NCBI RefSeq assembly: GCF_001194135.2
Contig: NC_068990.1
Span: forward strand, 72,548,392-72,609,981
Origin: Octopus bimaculoides
Taxonomy: Eukaryota
DNA: 61,590 nucleotides
Direction of reading: 5' to 3'
The notes beneath the pieces are model-generated. The model worked only from the letters and a program-made list of their open reading frames with translations, made no database searches and was not told the origin of the DNA. Every line of letters starts with the position of its first letter. Positions within the stretch are counted from its first letter, which is position 1. The translations under genes were made by a program, and so were the position numbers. This document shows, piece by piece, positions 25,040 through 36,896 of the stretch.

Positions 25040-25734
25040 CATTAGAGCATGGGGTAGAATGCCTTGCAAATATTCGTTCTAGCTCTCTGTTATCAGAGTT
25101 CAAATCTTGCAGAGGTCAACTTTGCCTTTTATCTTTTGAAGTCCATTAAAGTACCAGTCCAGTTATTATTGCTCTGTTATTATTACTAAGGCAGTGAACT
25201 GGTAGAATCTTTACCTCATTGGCCAAAATACTTCGTAGCATCTCTTCTAGTTTTTAACATTCTAAATTCAAATTCTGCAGAGTTCATCTTTGCCTTACAT
25301 TCTTTTGAGATCAATAATATAAATACCAGTTGATCACTATGGTTGATGTAATTAACTTAGCTCCTCCCCTCAAATTTCTGACCTTGTGTAAAAGTTTGAA
25401 ACCATTAAAGGAAGCGAGCTGGAAGAATCATTAGTGTGTTGAACAAAATGCTAAGCAGTATTTCTTTCTTCCAGCTTTACATTCTGAGTTGACTTTGCCA
25501 AGGTTGCCAAAATTGACTTTGCCTTTCATCCTTTCAGGGTAGATAAATTAAGTACCAGTTGAATACTGGAGTCAATGTAATCGACTTGCCCTTTCCCCAA
25601 AAAACTTTCAAGACTTGTGCCTATAGTAGAAAGGATTATTATTATTATTATTATTATTATGCTATATCAGATTGAAACCTGATGCAACTCTCTACCTTAC
25701 CAATTTCAGTCTAACTCATGCCAGGTAAATGGTG

Positions 25735-25787
<53 letters not shown>

Positions 25788-26000
25788 GGTAGTGGCAGTA
25801 CCATTACAGCATTGGAAAAAGTGCTTAGCGGGATTTCTTCCGGCTCTTTGTGCTGTGAGCTCAATTCCTGCTGAGGTTGACTTTATTTTCCATACTTTCA
25901 GGGTTGAAATAAGTATCAGTGAAGCACTGGGATTGATGTAATTGACTTGCACCTGAAAAAATTTCAGGCCTTTTGCCTCTAATAGAACAAATTATTATTA
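25040..26000 (+). mobile_element. Chain of about four co-oriented SINE family A copies
   Basis: Copies at ~25040-25170, 25186-25408, 25409-25640 and 25786-26000, mostly starting in ATT-rich tails. Confidence 0.75.
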
Positions 26001-26003
26001 TAG

Positions 26004-27378
26004 AAGTTTAAGATGTGGAAGCAAGGACTAGAATCGAAGGGCCTTAGAGTCAACCTAGCAAAAACCAAAATCCCAATAAGTAGGAAGGTAGATAAAACAC
26101 AAACCCCTTCAGGTAGATGGCCCTGCTCAGTATGCAGTAAAGGAGTAGGTAGTAACTCTATAAGATGTACCCGGTGCAAGCTATGGACACATAAGAGGTG
26201 CAGCAATATCAAAGGCAGATTAACTACGAAGTTAGTTTTTGTATGTGGCAGATGTTCAGGTGCAATAAACACTGTAAACAAACAGGAAACAACTTCTATC
26301 TCATTCCAGGGAGAAAAACTAGAGGTAGTCGATAGCTTCCGCTATCTGGGTGACCAAGNNNNNNNNNNNNNNNNNNNNNNNNNNNNNNNNNNNNNNNNNN
26401 NNNNNNNNNNNNNNNNNNNNNNNNNNNNNNNNNNNNNNNNNNNNNNNNNNNNNNNNNNNNNNNNNNNNNNNNNNNNNNNNNNNNNNNNNNNNNNNNNNNN
26501 NNNNNNNNNNNNNNNNNNNNNNNNNNNNNNNNNNNNNNNNNNNNNNNNNNNNNNNNNNNNNNNNNNNNNNNNNNNNNNNNNNNNNNNNNNNNNNNNNNNN
26601 NNNNNNNNNNNNNNNNNNNNNNNNNNNNNNNNNNNNNNNNNNNNNNNNNNNNNNNNNNNNNNNNNNNNNNNNNNNNNNNNNNNNNNNNNNNNNNNNNNNN
26701 NNNNNNNNNNNNNNNNNNNNNNNNNNNNNNNNNNNNNNNNNNNNNNNNNNNNNNNNNNNNNNNNNNNNNNNNNNNNNNNNNNNNNNNNNNNNNNNNNNNN
26801 NNNNNNNNNNNNNNNNNNNNNNNNNNNNNNNNNNNNNNNNNNNNNNNNNNNNNNNNNNNNNNNNNNNNNNNNNNNNNNNNNNNNNNNNNNNNNNNNNNNN
26901 NNNNNNNNNNNNNNNNNNNNNNNNNNNNNNNNNNNNNNNNNNNNNNNNNNNNNNNNNNNNNNNNNNNNNNNNNNNNNNNNNNNNNNNNNNNNNNNNNNNN
27001 NNNNNNNNNNNNNNNNNNNNNNNNNNNNNNNNNNNNNNNNNNNNNNNNNNNNNNNNNNNNNNNNNNNNNNNNNNNNNNNNNNNNNNNNNNNNNNNNNNNN
27101 NNNNNNNNNNNNNNNNNNNNNNNNNNNNNNNNNNNGGCTTGTGCGGGTGGCACATAGAAGACACCATTTTGAGCGTGGCCGTTTTCGTGTGGGTGACACG
27201 TAAAAGCACCCACTACACTCTCTGAGTGGTTGGCGTTAGGAAGGGCATCCAGCTGTAGAAACTCTGCCAAATTAGATTTGGAGCCTGGTGTTGCCATCCG
27301 GTTTCACCAGTCCTCAGTCAAATCGTCCAACCCATGCTAGCATGGAAAGCGGACGTTAAACGATGATGATGATGATGA
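26004..27378 (+). mobile_element. 5'-truncated RTE LINE, interrupted by an assembly gap, with (GAT)n tail
   Basis: Translation KMWKQGLESKGLRVNLAKTK...WPCSVCSKGVGSNSIRCTRCKLWTHKRC...FVCGRC...EVVDSFRYLGDQ. After the gap come the RTE 3' UTR and gatgatgat tail, embedded in attattattat. Confidence 0.9.
26359..27136. other. Assembly gap (N-run); other gaps at 3515-3524, 5526-5535, 16570-16669 and 33878-34370
   Basis: Runs of n in the sequence. Confidence 1.
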
Positions 27379-27395
27379 TTATTATTATCACCATT

Positions 27396-27618
27396 AAGGC
27401 GGTAAACTGGCAGAATTGTTAGCACGCTGGGCAAAAATGCTTTGTGGCATATCATCGGTCTTTACGTTCTGAGTTCAAATTCTGCCTAGATTGACTTTGC
27501 TGTTCATCCTTTTGGGGTCAGTAAATTAAGTACTAGTGAAACACTGGGATTGATGTAGTCGACTAGTCCCCTACCACAAAATTTCAGGCCTTGTGCCTCC
27601 AGTAGAAAGGATTATTAC
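27396..27618 (+). mobile_element. SINE family A copy
   Basis: aaggcggtaaactggcagaa...agtagaaaggattatt. Confidence 0.8.
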
Positions 27619-28272
27619 TATTACCATCATCATCCTCTCCAGAAGCAATCGACTGTGTTCAGATCTCGAAAGAGATGGGATTTGCCAGGTTTAAAATACC
27701 TAAGTTACATTATGTCATGACAGCCCCAACCACCACCACCACCACTACGACTCCATGAGGTATTAAGGGCCCACCACCACCACCACCACCACCAAACTTG
27801 TACACTTGACCCTCATGAGCACATAAAGAGAATTATTAAACAGAAAAAACAGTCACTTGATAATGATCTGTATATTATATAACTTATGTCAACATAAATA
27901 GAAGCTTGTAGCTTAGTGGTTAGGGTACTTGACTCTCAATCATAATGTCATGATTTCAATTCCCAGCAGAGCATTGCATCTTTGAGCAAGACACTTTATT
28001 TTATATTGCTCCAGTCCTTTAGTGGCTTGGCAAAAGAGACCGATAGAATAAGTACTAGACTTATCAAAAGAAAAAAAATAAATACTGGGAGCGATTCTTT
28101 AAGGAAGTGCCCCAGTGTAGCTGCAGTCTAATGACTGAAAGATACCTGCCATCTCTGAAGTGTATGTGGAGTTATTTAACCACACTGTTACCTAATATCC
28201 AGTGAGAAACTGAGTGGTAAGATCAGCTGAAATAGATCTATAATACTGAAAATATGTATGCATGCATACATG

Positions 28273-28306
<34 letters not shown>

Positions 28307-29959
28307 TGTATGTATGCAATGGATGAATGCATGCAAGCATTTTCCCCTCAGCTGTGGAAATAACCTTAGACAGTAGTATGCTATACTGCAGTAACTATTT
28401 ATTCTTACATGCACATGCTTCTGATTCTAAGCATTGCTAAATTACTAAAGTCACTGTATCTTTTTAAGTTGAATGGAAAAAAAAAAAAATAAAAGAAAGA
28501 AAAAAGCAGCTAATTATAAACTGGTATCAATTTAAGTCATAATAACCATCAAGTTAAAAAAAAAAATTTTGGCCTTGTGCCTAAGTGAGAAAATCATAAT
28601 AGTTGGTATGAAGTATTGCTAATAAGTAGTATCTGGTGTTGTGATGTTTTCCAACCATATTATCTAAGTTCTCCAATACGACATTGATCAATGTTGAAAA
28701 TATCAATGTTAAACAATGCTACATACATTAAGCTAACAAAAGCTTATTATTAATTCTGTCTGTCTCGTTATATCTTGTCATTGATATGGACATTATGTTG
28801 AGGACACTAAATGCTAGAAAAAGAAATTAATGTTTCGAAACTGAATCTATGTCAGATTTTGCTTTTATCTTCCGATATTGTCGCATAGAATAACATATAG
28901 ATTTGTGTGTTCCTTTTACGTAGCAATCACTTAAGCTGATGTTGCTTCTTTTATACACTCGAGTAACCAGCTAGCTTATCTCAGCATATGATTAGATCTA
29001 AGTAAAAGGATTATCTTCAAGCTTCTGGACTGGGCTATAACTTAAATAAATCCACAATTTACCTATGAGATGGTAAAAGCAATTTCTCTTAGCTTACAGT
29101 AAACATCACAAAAAAAGATCAACTAAGACAGAAAGAGAGACGGAAAGAAAGAAAGAAAGAAGGAAAGAAGAAAGAAAGAAAGGCTTCTGTGGAAGATTCA
29201 GGCAGCTATAGTAATGAAGCATTATAGGAAAGTTGAGCAGTCAATAATTTAGAAAAATACTGCTATTTCATGAGTCTTTATTGAGATAGATACTCATCAA
29301 TATCTCATTGATTTCCTGTGGTTAAAAAAAAAAAGTTTCTTCCGGCACGTATATCTGAATAGAGCTGTGTCATTTCACTGGCAGCAAAACAAAATTATAT
29401 ATGTATGCATGCATGCATGTATGTATGTATGTATGTTGTGTAAGTTCTCCTCTTCACATAGCCGCCACATGTAGAGAGGTATGTATTGTAGAAACACACA
29501 TACCAATATATTCACAAAAGAGATATGTATATATATTCATTTCTATTCTAGGCACAAGGCCCGAAACTTTTGGGGAGGGGGCCAGTCGATTAGATCAACT
29601 CCAGTACACAACTGGTTCTTAATTTATCGACCTGAAAGGATGAAAGGCAAAGTTGACGTTGGCGGAAATATTTGTATATATACTCTTTTCTACTCTAGGC
29701 ATAAGGCCTGGAATTTTTTTTTTGGGGGGGGGAACCAGTCCATTAGATATATAATGCTACTACAACTACTCATAAATAACAAGAGTAAGGGGCTAATTTT
29801 TATTAGGTAAATATATATCCTATCAAGTGAATTTAGATATTTTCTTGACTTGCACACTGATGAAGAAATTATATAAATAGGCTCAAAGTAGAATTAAGTT
29901 TAAGACAGCTCCTTAAACTAAATTTAAATATTATCACCTATTTCAGTGGGCAACAATAA

Positions 29960-30945
29960 TTGTGAATGACAGTAAATTGTCCCTGAAATCACACTTCAAC
30001 TATTTGAAAAGGAAAAGAAAACCTTCTGGAAAGTTTTATAGATTTTTAGTTCCAGTGATGGCTTAGATCTGTAGTTTTCAAACCAGCTTTCTCCTTTCTG
30101 GTTTTGAGAAATCTAATTTCTCAAGATTGTTACTTAGGCAGTGTATTATGTATTCCAGTGTCCCAATAATTACAGGTATAAACCTGAAGTTGTAATCTGG
30201 GTAGAGTAACAGTAAATTTCTCAATAGTTCAGCATAGGTATTTTCTTTTTTGCTTTATGTTAACATCTGCTGGGCAGCTGATTTCCACAACTGTACACAG
30301 TTTCTCTTCTCTATCCCAAATCACTATGTCAAATCTATTATGTTAGCATTTTATTGAAGTCTTCACTGGGATATTGCACCAGTACTCTTTTATATTATGA
30401 GTGGCCATGCCCTCTACCATATTTCTTATTTCTTTGGCCTCAGCGTTATCCTTCTGACGGATCTCATTATACAGTGTCTTAGCTACAACATTATGTCTCA
30501 TCGGTAGGTAATACCGTGATAACATTTTCAGACAACTACTTATGATGTGGATGATATCTTCAGTGGGAACTCCACAAAGTCTGCATTGGTTATCACATTT
30601 TGCTGCTTTTCCTGCATCTCTGTCCCTTTTGCGCATCAGGTATTTGGTTGATATTTCCTGTTCCTGGATTGCAAATGCATACCCTTCAAAGTGGGAGTTA
30701 GTAAAGCTTGTTCTTGGTCCATGATAGATTGCTTTGATGATCAATGTTACTATCATCCCGGAGCTTTCTACTATCATATCCACACATGATCTTCTTACAT
30801 GCTCATCCTTTCATCTGAGGATACATTGTGGTAGAGTAGGGCATGCATTTAAGGTTACCAGTCAAGGAACTGCTTTCCAAGTCTCATGATGTCATCAGCT
30901 TCATGTATGCAAACTTGGTCAAGGGATGCACTTTGACACTTGGTG
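29960..30945 (-). mobile_element. R4/Dong-type non-LTR retrotransposon 3' remnant (CCHC knuckle plus restriction-like endonuclease)
   Basis: CRLCGVPTEDIIHIISSC..Y..RHNVVAK, then HNRFDIVIWDREEKLCTVVEISCP...YAELLRNL..LYPDY.FRFIPVIIGTL: the degenerate PD..E RLE motif. Confidence 0.8.
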
Positions 30946-31470
30946 GTTAATGGATATTGCTGAAGGGATGTATGTGTGTGCGTATGTATGTATGTATGTA
31001 TGTATGTGTGTATGTGTGTATATATGTGTGTGTATGCAACTATGTATGTAAATGTGTATGTATATGTATATATGTATGTGTGCATTTATGTATTTGTCTC
31101 ATTGCTTGACAACCACTAGTTTGTTTGTGTCCCCATAACCTAGTCATTTGGCAAAAAGACATTGATATAATAAGTACCAGACTTAAAATACTGGGGTCAA
31201 TTCGATTAACAAAACCTTTCAATGAATGGAACAAGTAAAAGAATGCATGAGTGACACTGCATTAGTCAGTACAGTCCTTATTTAAATCATCTTTAGGTAG
31301 CGAATTGGCACAATTGTTAGCATATTGGACATAATGCTTAGCAGCATTTCTGGCTTTACAAGCTGAGTTCAAATGACACCAGGGTTGACTTTGCATATCG
31401 CCTTTCAGGGTTGATGAAATAATTATTTACATTATTTACATTTGACGGATATTTATCCTCATCTTGTTTG

Positions 31471-31518
31471 TTGTTAACACGTTTCGGCTGATATACCCTC
31501 CAGCCTTCATCAGGTGTC
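31471..31518 (-). ncRNA. Minimal type I hammerhead motif, left arm
   Basis: gacac-CTGATGA-a-ggctg...cagcc-GAAAC-gtgtt. Three nucleotides shorter than the right arm at stem III. Confidence 0.65.
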
Positions 31519-31565
31519 TTGGAGAAATTTCAAACCTGGGTTCTCATTCCTAAGGTATTTTTTGA

Positions 31566-31598
<33 letters not shown>

Positions 31599-31853
31599 CA
31601 TTATTCAGGTCACTGCCTGGAATCGAACTCGGAATCTTAGGGTTAGTAGGCCATGCTCTTAACCACTACCCCATATGCCCGTGGGCATATGGCTTAGTGG
31701 TTAAGAGCGCAAGCTACTAATCCCAAGATTCCGAGTTTGATTCCAGGCAGTGACCTGAAGAATAATGATAATAATAATGATAATAATAATAACAACAACA
31801 ACAACATCGAAAAATACCTTAGGAATGAGAACCCAGGTTCAAAATTTCCCCAA

Positions 31854-31899
31854 GACACCTGATGAAAGCTGAAGGATATATCAGCCGAAACGTTGTTTG
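31854..31899 (+). ncRNA. Minimal type I hammerhead motif, right arm
   Basis: gacac-CTGATGA-aagctg...cagcc-GAAACGTT-gtttg, with a palindromic ACGT stem III as in dimer-dependent PLE hammerheads. Confidence 0.7.
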
Positions 31900-32972
31900 C
31901 AACAAACAAGATGTGGACAAATATCTGTGAAATGTACATAATTCCTCATCTCTTAAATATAGAACTGTATTGATGAAATAAGTTCCAACTGAACACTGGG
32001 GTCCATGTAATTGACAAGCCCCCATTCCCAAATTTCAGGCCTTGTGCCCATAGTAGAAAGGATTGTTTAGCTCATCCTCAGGCATGTTATCCAGTGGCAC
32101 CTCCAGCATTCCCAGGCCTCTTTTAGGATTGTCAACAGCTGTTTCATCCACCTCCTCACAAACTCACCTTATTTGTTTAGACATAAGCTTTTATCTAACC
32201 TTTACTCTGAAACTTTCTGGTGACATATGATATAGTACCAAATGTGAGCAACACCCATAGTTTTTGTCTGCAGTAACCTTCTGTTAGACAGAGGGCCTTT
32301 CATGAGCTCTATCAGTACTTGTTATTAGCTCATAGATATGATAATAGTTGATAGATGTCAGGACATGCCTGCACACTAGTGGGCCCATACACATACTCTT
32401 TTCAGACCACTGCTGCTCAGAGATCCTCCATAGTTTATACTGGAACTGCAAAGTACCTAATTAACAGATATAGCCATAAAAAGACTCTAAAAGAGTTTTG
32501 GGAGTAGACAATGTACTAGCTAAAAGATACTTATGCACTCAATCACTCTTTTCACTTCTATAAAGAGGGATAGCTTTTGATAGCAAATGGAGGCAGTGTA
32601 GCAAGCAGAACCAGCATGCACAAACTATACATACTAAATACCTCAATACTACTACACACACGCTGAATACTCACCCTGTGTAGAAATATTCACAAAAAGC
32701 TGAGATAATCACAGCGAGGAAGTCTCTGATCATAAGTTGATCAGGGCTGACCAGGGGCTCATTAACACAGATATCTAGTCACATGTTCTTAATTTTTGCA
32801 GATTAGACTTACACTCACCTTGTTCTTCTCTAGATGTCTCAGATCCTCTACACACCCTGTTTGAACTTTCATACATCATTCTCCTAACACACATTTATTT
32901 CTAACAACATTCAGCTGTACCTACACATGGTACCTATTTTCAAATATATGCACTGATAAACTGAATTGACTA

Positions 32973-33190
32973 TTAACCCTTTAGCATCTGAAGTTATTTT
33001 GTCAAATGTAAAGCTTATTTATTCACATTTTTTTTTAATTAATCATGCATTATCTCATAGCTTTGAGATTTCAATGACGTGATTGGTTATTTTTACAAAG
33101 ACATTGTAAAGTTGGTGTGAGAGGTCAGATCTAGTCAGGCTGAACATAAAACAGTTAAATTATTTTGGCCAGATATGACCAGTTTAATTA
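32973..33190. mobile_element. TTAA MITE copy
   Basis: Starts ttaaccctttagcat; family body is conserved. Confidence 0.7.
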
Positions 33191-34630
33191 ATTTTAGCCA
33201 GGGATACATATTGGATTTGAATTTTGGCATAAGGTCAGTGGTTACCAGGGAGGGGGAATGTCAATTGCACGGACCCCTAGCATTTGTCTGGTACTAAATT
33301 TATCAGCCCCAGAAGGATGAAAGGCAAAGTCAACCAAGGCAGTATTTGAACTCAGAACATAAAGGTAGATAAAATACTGCTAAGCATTTTGCCCAGTGTT
33401 TTAATGATTTTGTCAGCTCACTGCCTCGGCCAAGGATACATTTTAACATTGATGAAAGCACGATTATGAAACACCAGTCTATTTGGCTGATAGTGAGGCC
33501 AGTCACTTTTTCCAATACATACATAATTAGATAGATCAAAAATGGTTCCACAAGTGGAAAATGTGACAATATAGTAAGATGGTTCTGCTATAGTTGAATA
33601 CGCTTAATGAATGACAGAATTCAGAATTATGAATCAGTGCAGAATGGAAACATCACTCATTGTCTAATCATTTAAACTTGCTTACATCTTCTTCTAAGAT
33701 TCCTTCAGTCTTTTCGATCAAGTCTGCGCATTGAAATCTATCACAGGGATCACCTCAGTGATTGTGAGTTATCTATCATTAGTCATTAGGCTAGACACAA
33801 ATGTTTCTTAAAAGTGTTTTTTATAACACTATTCCAATAATATTTCCAAGAATAGAGTTAGCACAAGTCAAAAGCATNNNNNNNNNNNNNNNNNNNNNNN
33901 NNNNNNNNNNNNNNNNNNNNNNNNNNNNNNNNNNNNNNNNNNNNNNNNNNNNNNNNNNNNNNNNNNNNNNNNNNNNNNNNNNNNNNNNNNNNNNNNNNNN
34001 NNNNNNNNNNNNNNNNNNNNNNNNNNNNNNNNNNNNNNNNNNNNNNNNNNNNNNNNNNNNNNNNNNNNNNNNNNNNNNNNNNNNNNNNNNNNNNNNNNNN
34101 NNNNNNNNNNNNNNNNNNNNNNNNNNNNNNNNNNNNNNNNNNNNNNNNNNNNNNNNNNNNNNNNNNNNNNNNNNNNNNNNNNNNNNNNNNNNNNNNNNNN
34201 NNNNNNNNNNNNNNNNNNNNNNNNNNNNNNNNNNNNNNNNNNNNNNNNNNNNNNNNNNNNNNNNNNNNNNNNNNNNNNNNNNNNNNNNNNNNNNNNNNNN
34301 NNNNNNNNNNNNNNNNNNNNNNNNNNNNNNNNNNNNNNNNNNNNNNNNNNNNNNNNNNNNNNNNNNNNNNATCCATACATACATACATACATGCATGTTA
34401 TGTAAGGTATAAGTTAGAGGTGTTTAAACCCTCTAAGAGATAGATGTATCCAAAGGTCCTCCTGGTAATTACCACAGTAAGTATGGTCTTTGGTATAAGG
34501 TATACGGCTGCAAGGTAAGCCGTAGTTTAATGTATATATAGACGATAAGAAAATGGAGGAAAAATAACAATGAGAAGTGTGTCTTTGGTGCTAAAAAGCC
34601 ATTATTTAATTAGTTAAGCAAGGTGAGGAT

Positions 34631-34709
34631 AATTTACAGCTGTTTCTGTGTGCGGTGTTAAGGTAAATATGCATTCACCTCATTGCAAATGGTAGACGTC
34701 ATCAGAACA
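34631..34709 (-). ncRNA. Type I hammerhead motif, left pLTR
   Basis: gtt-CTGATGA, long stem II, GAAACAGCTGTA-aat. Confidence 0.7.
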
Positions 34710-35079
34710 AAGAAGGTAGAGATAGACAAAGAGGAGAATAGAGTGAAAGATAGAGGGAGAAACCGGAAAAGAAAATGTTCAATCATTCGAATGGCTTACA
34801 TTTTAGTTAGGTTCAAAGTTCATTAAATCCATTGTGAGGTAGATGAAGAATAGAGGTTAAATCTAAGGTTTTGTAGTCAGTTATTAGCATGACTTCCACG
34901 TGTCTGCCTGTTCAGCTAGTTGACTGCCAGTGTAATCTGAGGAAGTTATCCCTAATTAGGGATATCTGGTGTGGTTAATAAGACTTATGTGTCACAAACT
35001 TATAGGTGAACATTTTCTTTTCCGGTTTCTCCCTCTATCTTTTGCTCAATTCTCCTCTTTGTTTATCTCTGCCTTCTTC

Positions 35080-35156
35080 GTTCTGATGACGTCTACCATT
35101 TGCAATGAGGTAAATACATATTTACCTCAACATGGTACACAGAAACAGCTGTAAAC
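35080..35156 (+). ncRNA. Type I hammerhead motif, right pLTR
   Basis: gtt-CTGATGA, stem II (taccat/atggta and tgaggtaaat/atttacctca), GAAACAGCTGTA-aac. ACAGCTGT is a palindromic stem III; the cleavage triplet is GUA. Confidence 0.8.
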
Positions 35157-36896
35157 TTGCTCTTACCTCACCTTGCTTAACTAATTAAATAATGGCTTTT
35201 TAGCACCAAAGACACACTTCTCATTGTTGTTTTTCCTCTCCTTTTTCTTATACATACATACATATATATCATAATCATTTTCAAATCTACTTTTCCATGC
35301 TTGTTTGGGTCAGACAAAAATTTGTTGAGGCAGATTTTCTACAGCTGGATGCTCTTCTTGTCACCGACCCTCACCAGTTTGTAAACAAATAAGATAATAT
35401 TTCTACATAGTCAAACATGTTTTCATGGAAGCCCAAAAATGAATGGCCTCTCTTGTATAAGTACAATGCTCATCTACAACCATCATGTGATGTCTAGACG
35501 AGGGAACACACAAACACACAATATATATATATGTATATCTTCCCAACCACATAATTCTGGTTTCAGTCCCATCGCATGGCACCTTGGGCAAATGGCTTCT
35601 GCTATAGCCTTGGGCTGACCAAAGCCTTGTGAGTGGTAGATGGAAATTGAAAGAAGTCTACTGTATATATATATATATATATATATTTTTGTGTGTCTTT
35701 GTATCTGTGTTGTCCCCCAACCACCATCACTTGGCACCTGATGCTGGTGTGTTTACGTCCCATAACTTAGCAGTTCGGCAGAGAGGCCAATAGAATAAAT
35801 ACTAGCCTTACAAAGAATATGTCCTGGTAGTGCTCCAGCATGGCTGCAGTCAAATGACTGAAACAAATAAAAGAATACAGTAGGTTTCTTTCAGTTTTTG
35901 TGTCTAAGATGCACGAGTGGGTGTGTATGCCTAAGTACGTACATTCTTGCATTTATGTATAAACATGAGTATGTGTGCATTTGTCTGGAAGAACATATAT
36001 GCATGCATGTGTTTTTGTCTGGTGCATGCATGCAGGTGTACATATATATGCATGCTTTTGGTATTTATAATGCATGAGTTCTTGCCGGTTAGAACACTGA
36101 CAAAGCTTTGGTTGATCCGAGTCTAGAGTAGAAGACACTTACCAAAGCTGTCATGCAGTGGGACTGAATCCAGAACCACATGGTTAGGAAGCAAGCTTCT
36201 CAGCCACACAATCACATCTGTGCCTCTATGCATAATCACCGGCAATAATGAGAGAAAAAGTACTCAATACCATAGTTGGCTGTAATACTTTTATACTTCA
36301 ATTTTGGTCGATCCAGTCACCTGTAAATATGAAACCCTTCCTCACTTTCTTACTGCACAGTTAATTCTTCAGAGAGTGTCTTCCTATCTGAGAAATCAGT
36401 TACACACTGGAGAAACTCCTCAGCTATTGGCCATTTGATCAGCCACCATAAACTATTGCCATCAACATCCACTTTCCTATGCTTGCATGGGTCAGACGAA
36501 GTTTATACGAGGCAGATTTTCTATGTCCAGATGCTCTTCCTGTCATCAATCCTCAACTGTTGTTTACATGCAAGGTAAAACTTCTCCATGGCCAAACATG
36601 GCTTTGCCGAACATTGGAAAGGAATGACAATACTTGTGTGACAGAAACACTCATTTGCAACTATTACATGATGTCAAGACAAAGAGACACACACACACAT
36701 ATATGACAGGTGTTTTTTTTTTCTGTTTCTGCCTATCAAATTCACTAAGACTTTGGTCAACCTGGGTCTAGAATAGAAGATACCTGCCCAAAGTGGCATG
36801 CAGTGGAAGTGAAACCAGAACTGTGTGGTTTGCATGACAAGTTTATAGGAACATGGTCTTGTCACTTCGAGTAGAGAACTCGAAGGGCCAGTACAT

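Larger units (their letters stand above)
31422..31969. mobile_element. Head-to-head palindromic non-autonomous retroelement: tRNA-derived head, (AAT)n spacer, hammerhead tail; 11-bp TSD
   Basis: Arms 31422-31680 and 31683-31942 are inverted copies around catatgccc-gt-gggcatatg. Each has an A-box (tggcttagtgg in the right arm) and a B-box (gagttcgattcc in the left arm). TSD ttgatgaaata at 31411-31421 and 31970-31980. Confidence 0.85.
31297..32065 (+). mobile_element. SINE family A copy split by the palindromic HHR element
   Basis: The 5' half (31297-31421) and 3' half (31970-32065) join into one family A copy across the duplicated ttgatgaaata. Confidence 0.8.
34395..35251 (-). mobile_element. 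5'-truncated Penelope-like element with inverted pLTRs (arms 34545-34781 and 35007-35251)
   Basis: Arms of ~240 bp are inverted copies, each with an HHR. The spacer translates on the minus strand to RHVEVMLITDYKTL...HNGFNEL*, resembling a PLE GIY-YIG C-terminus (R..E..I...T...G.N). Confidence 0.75.

Noticed and set aside
31683-31756. tRNA genes (here and at the other SINE heads)
   Set aside because: A/B boxes are present, but the acceptor stem does not close and the sequences continue into SINE bodies.
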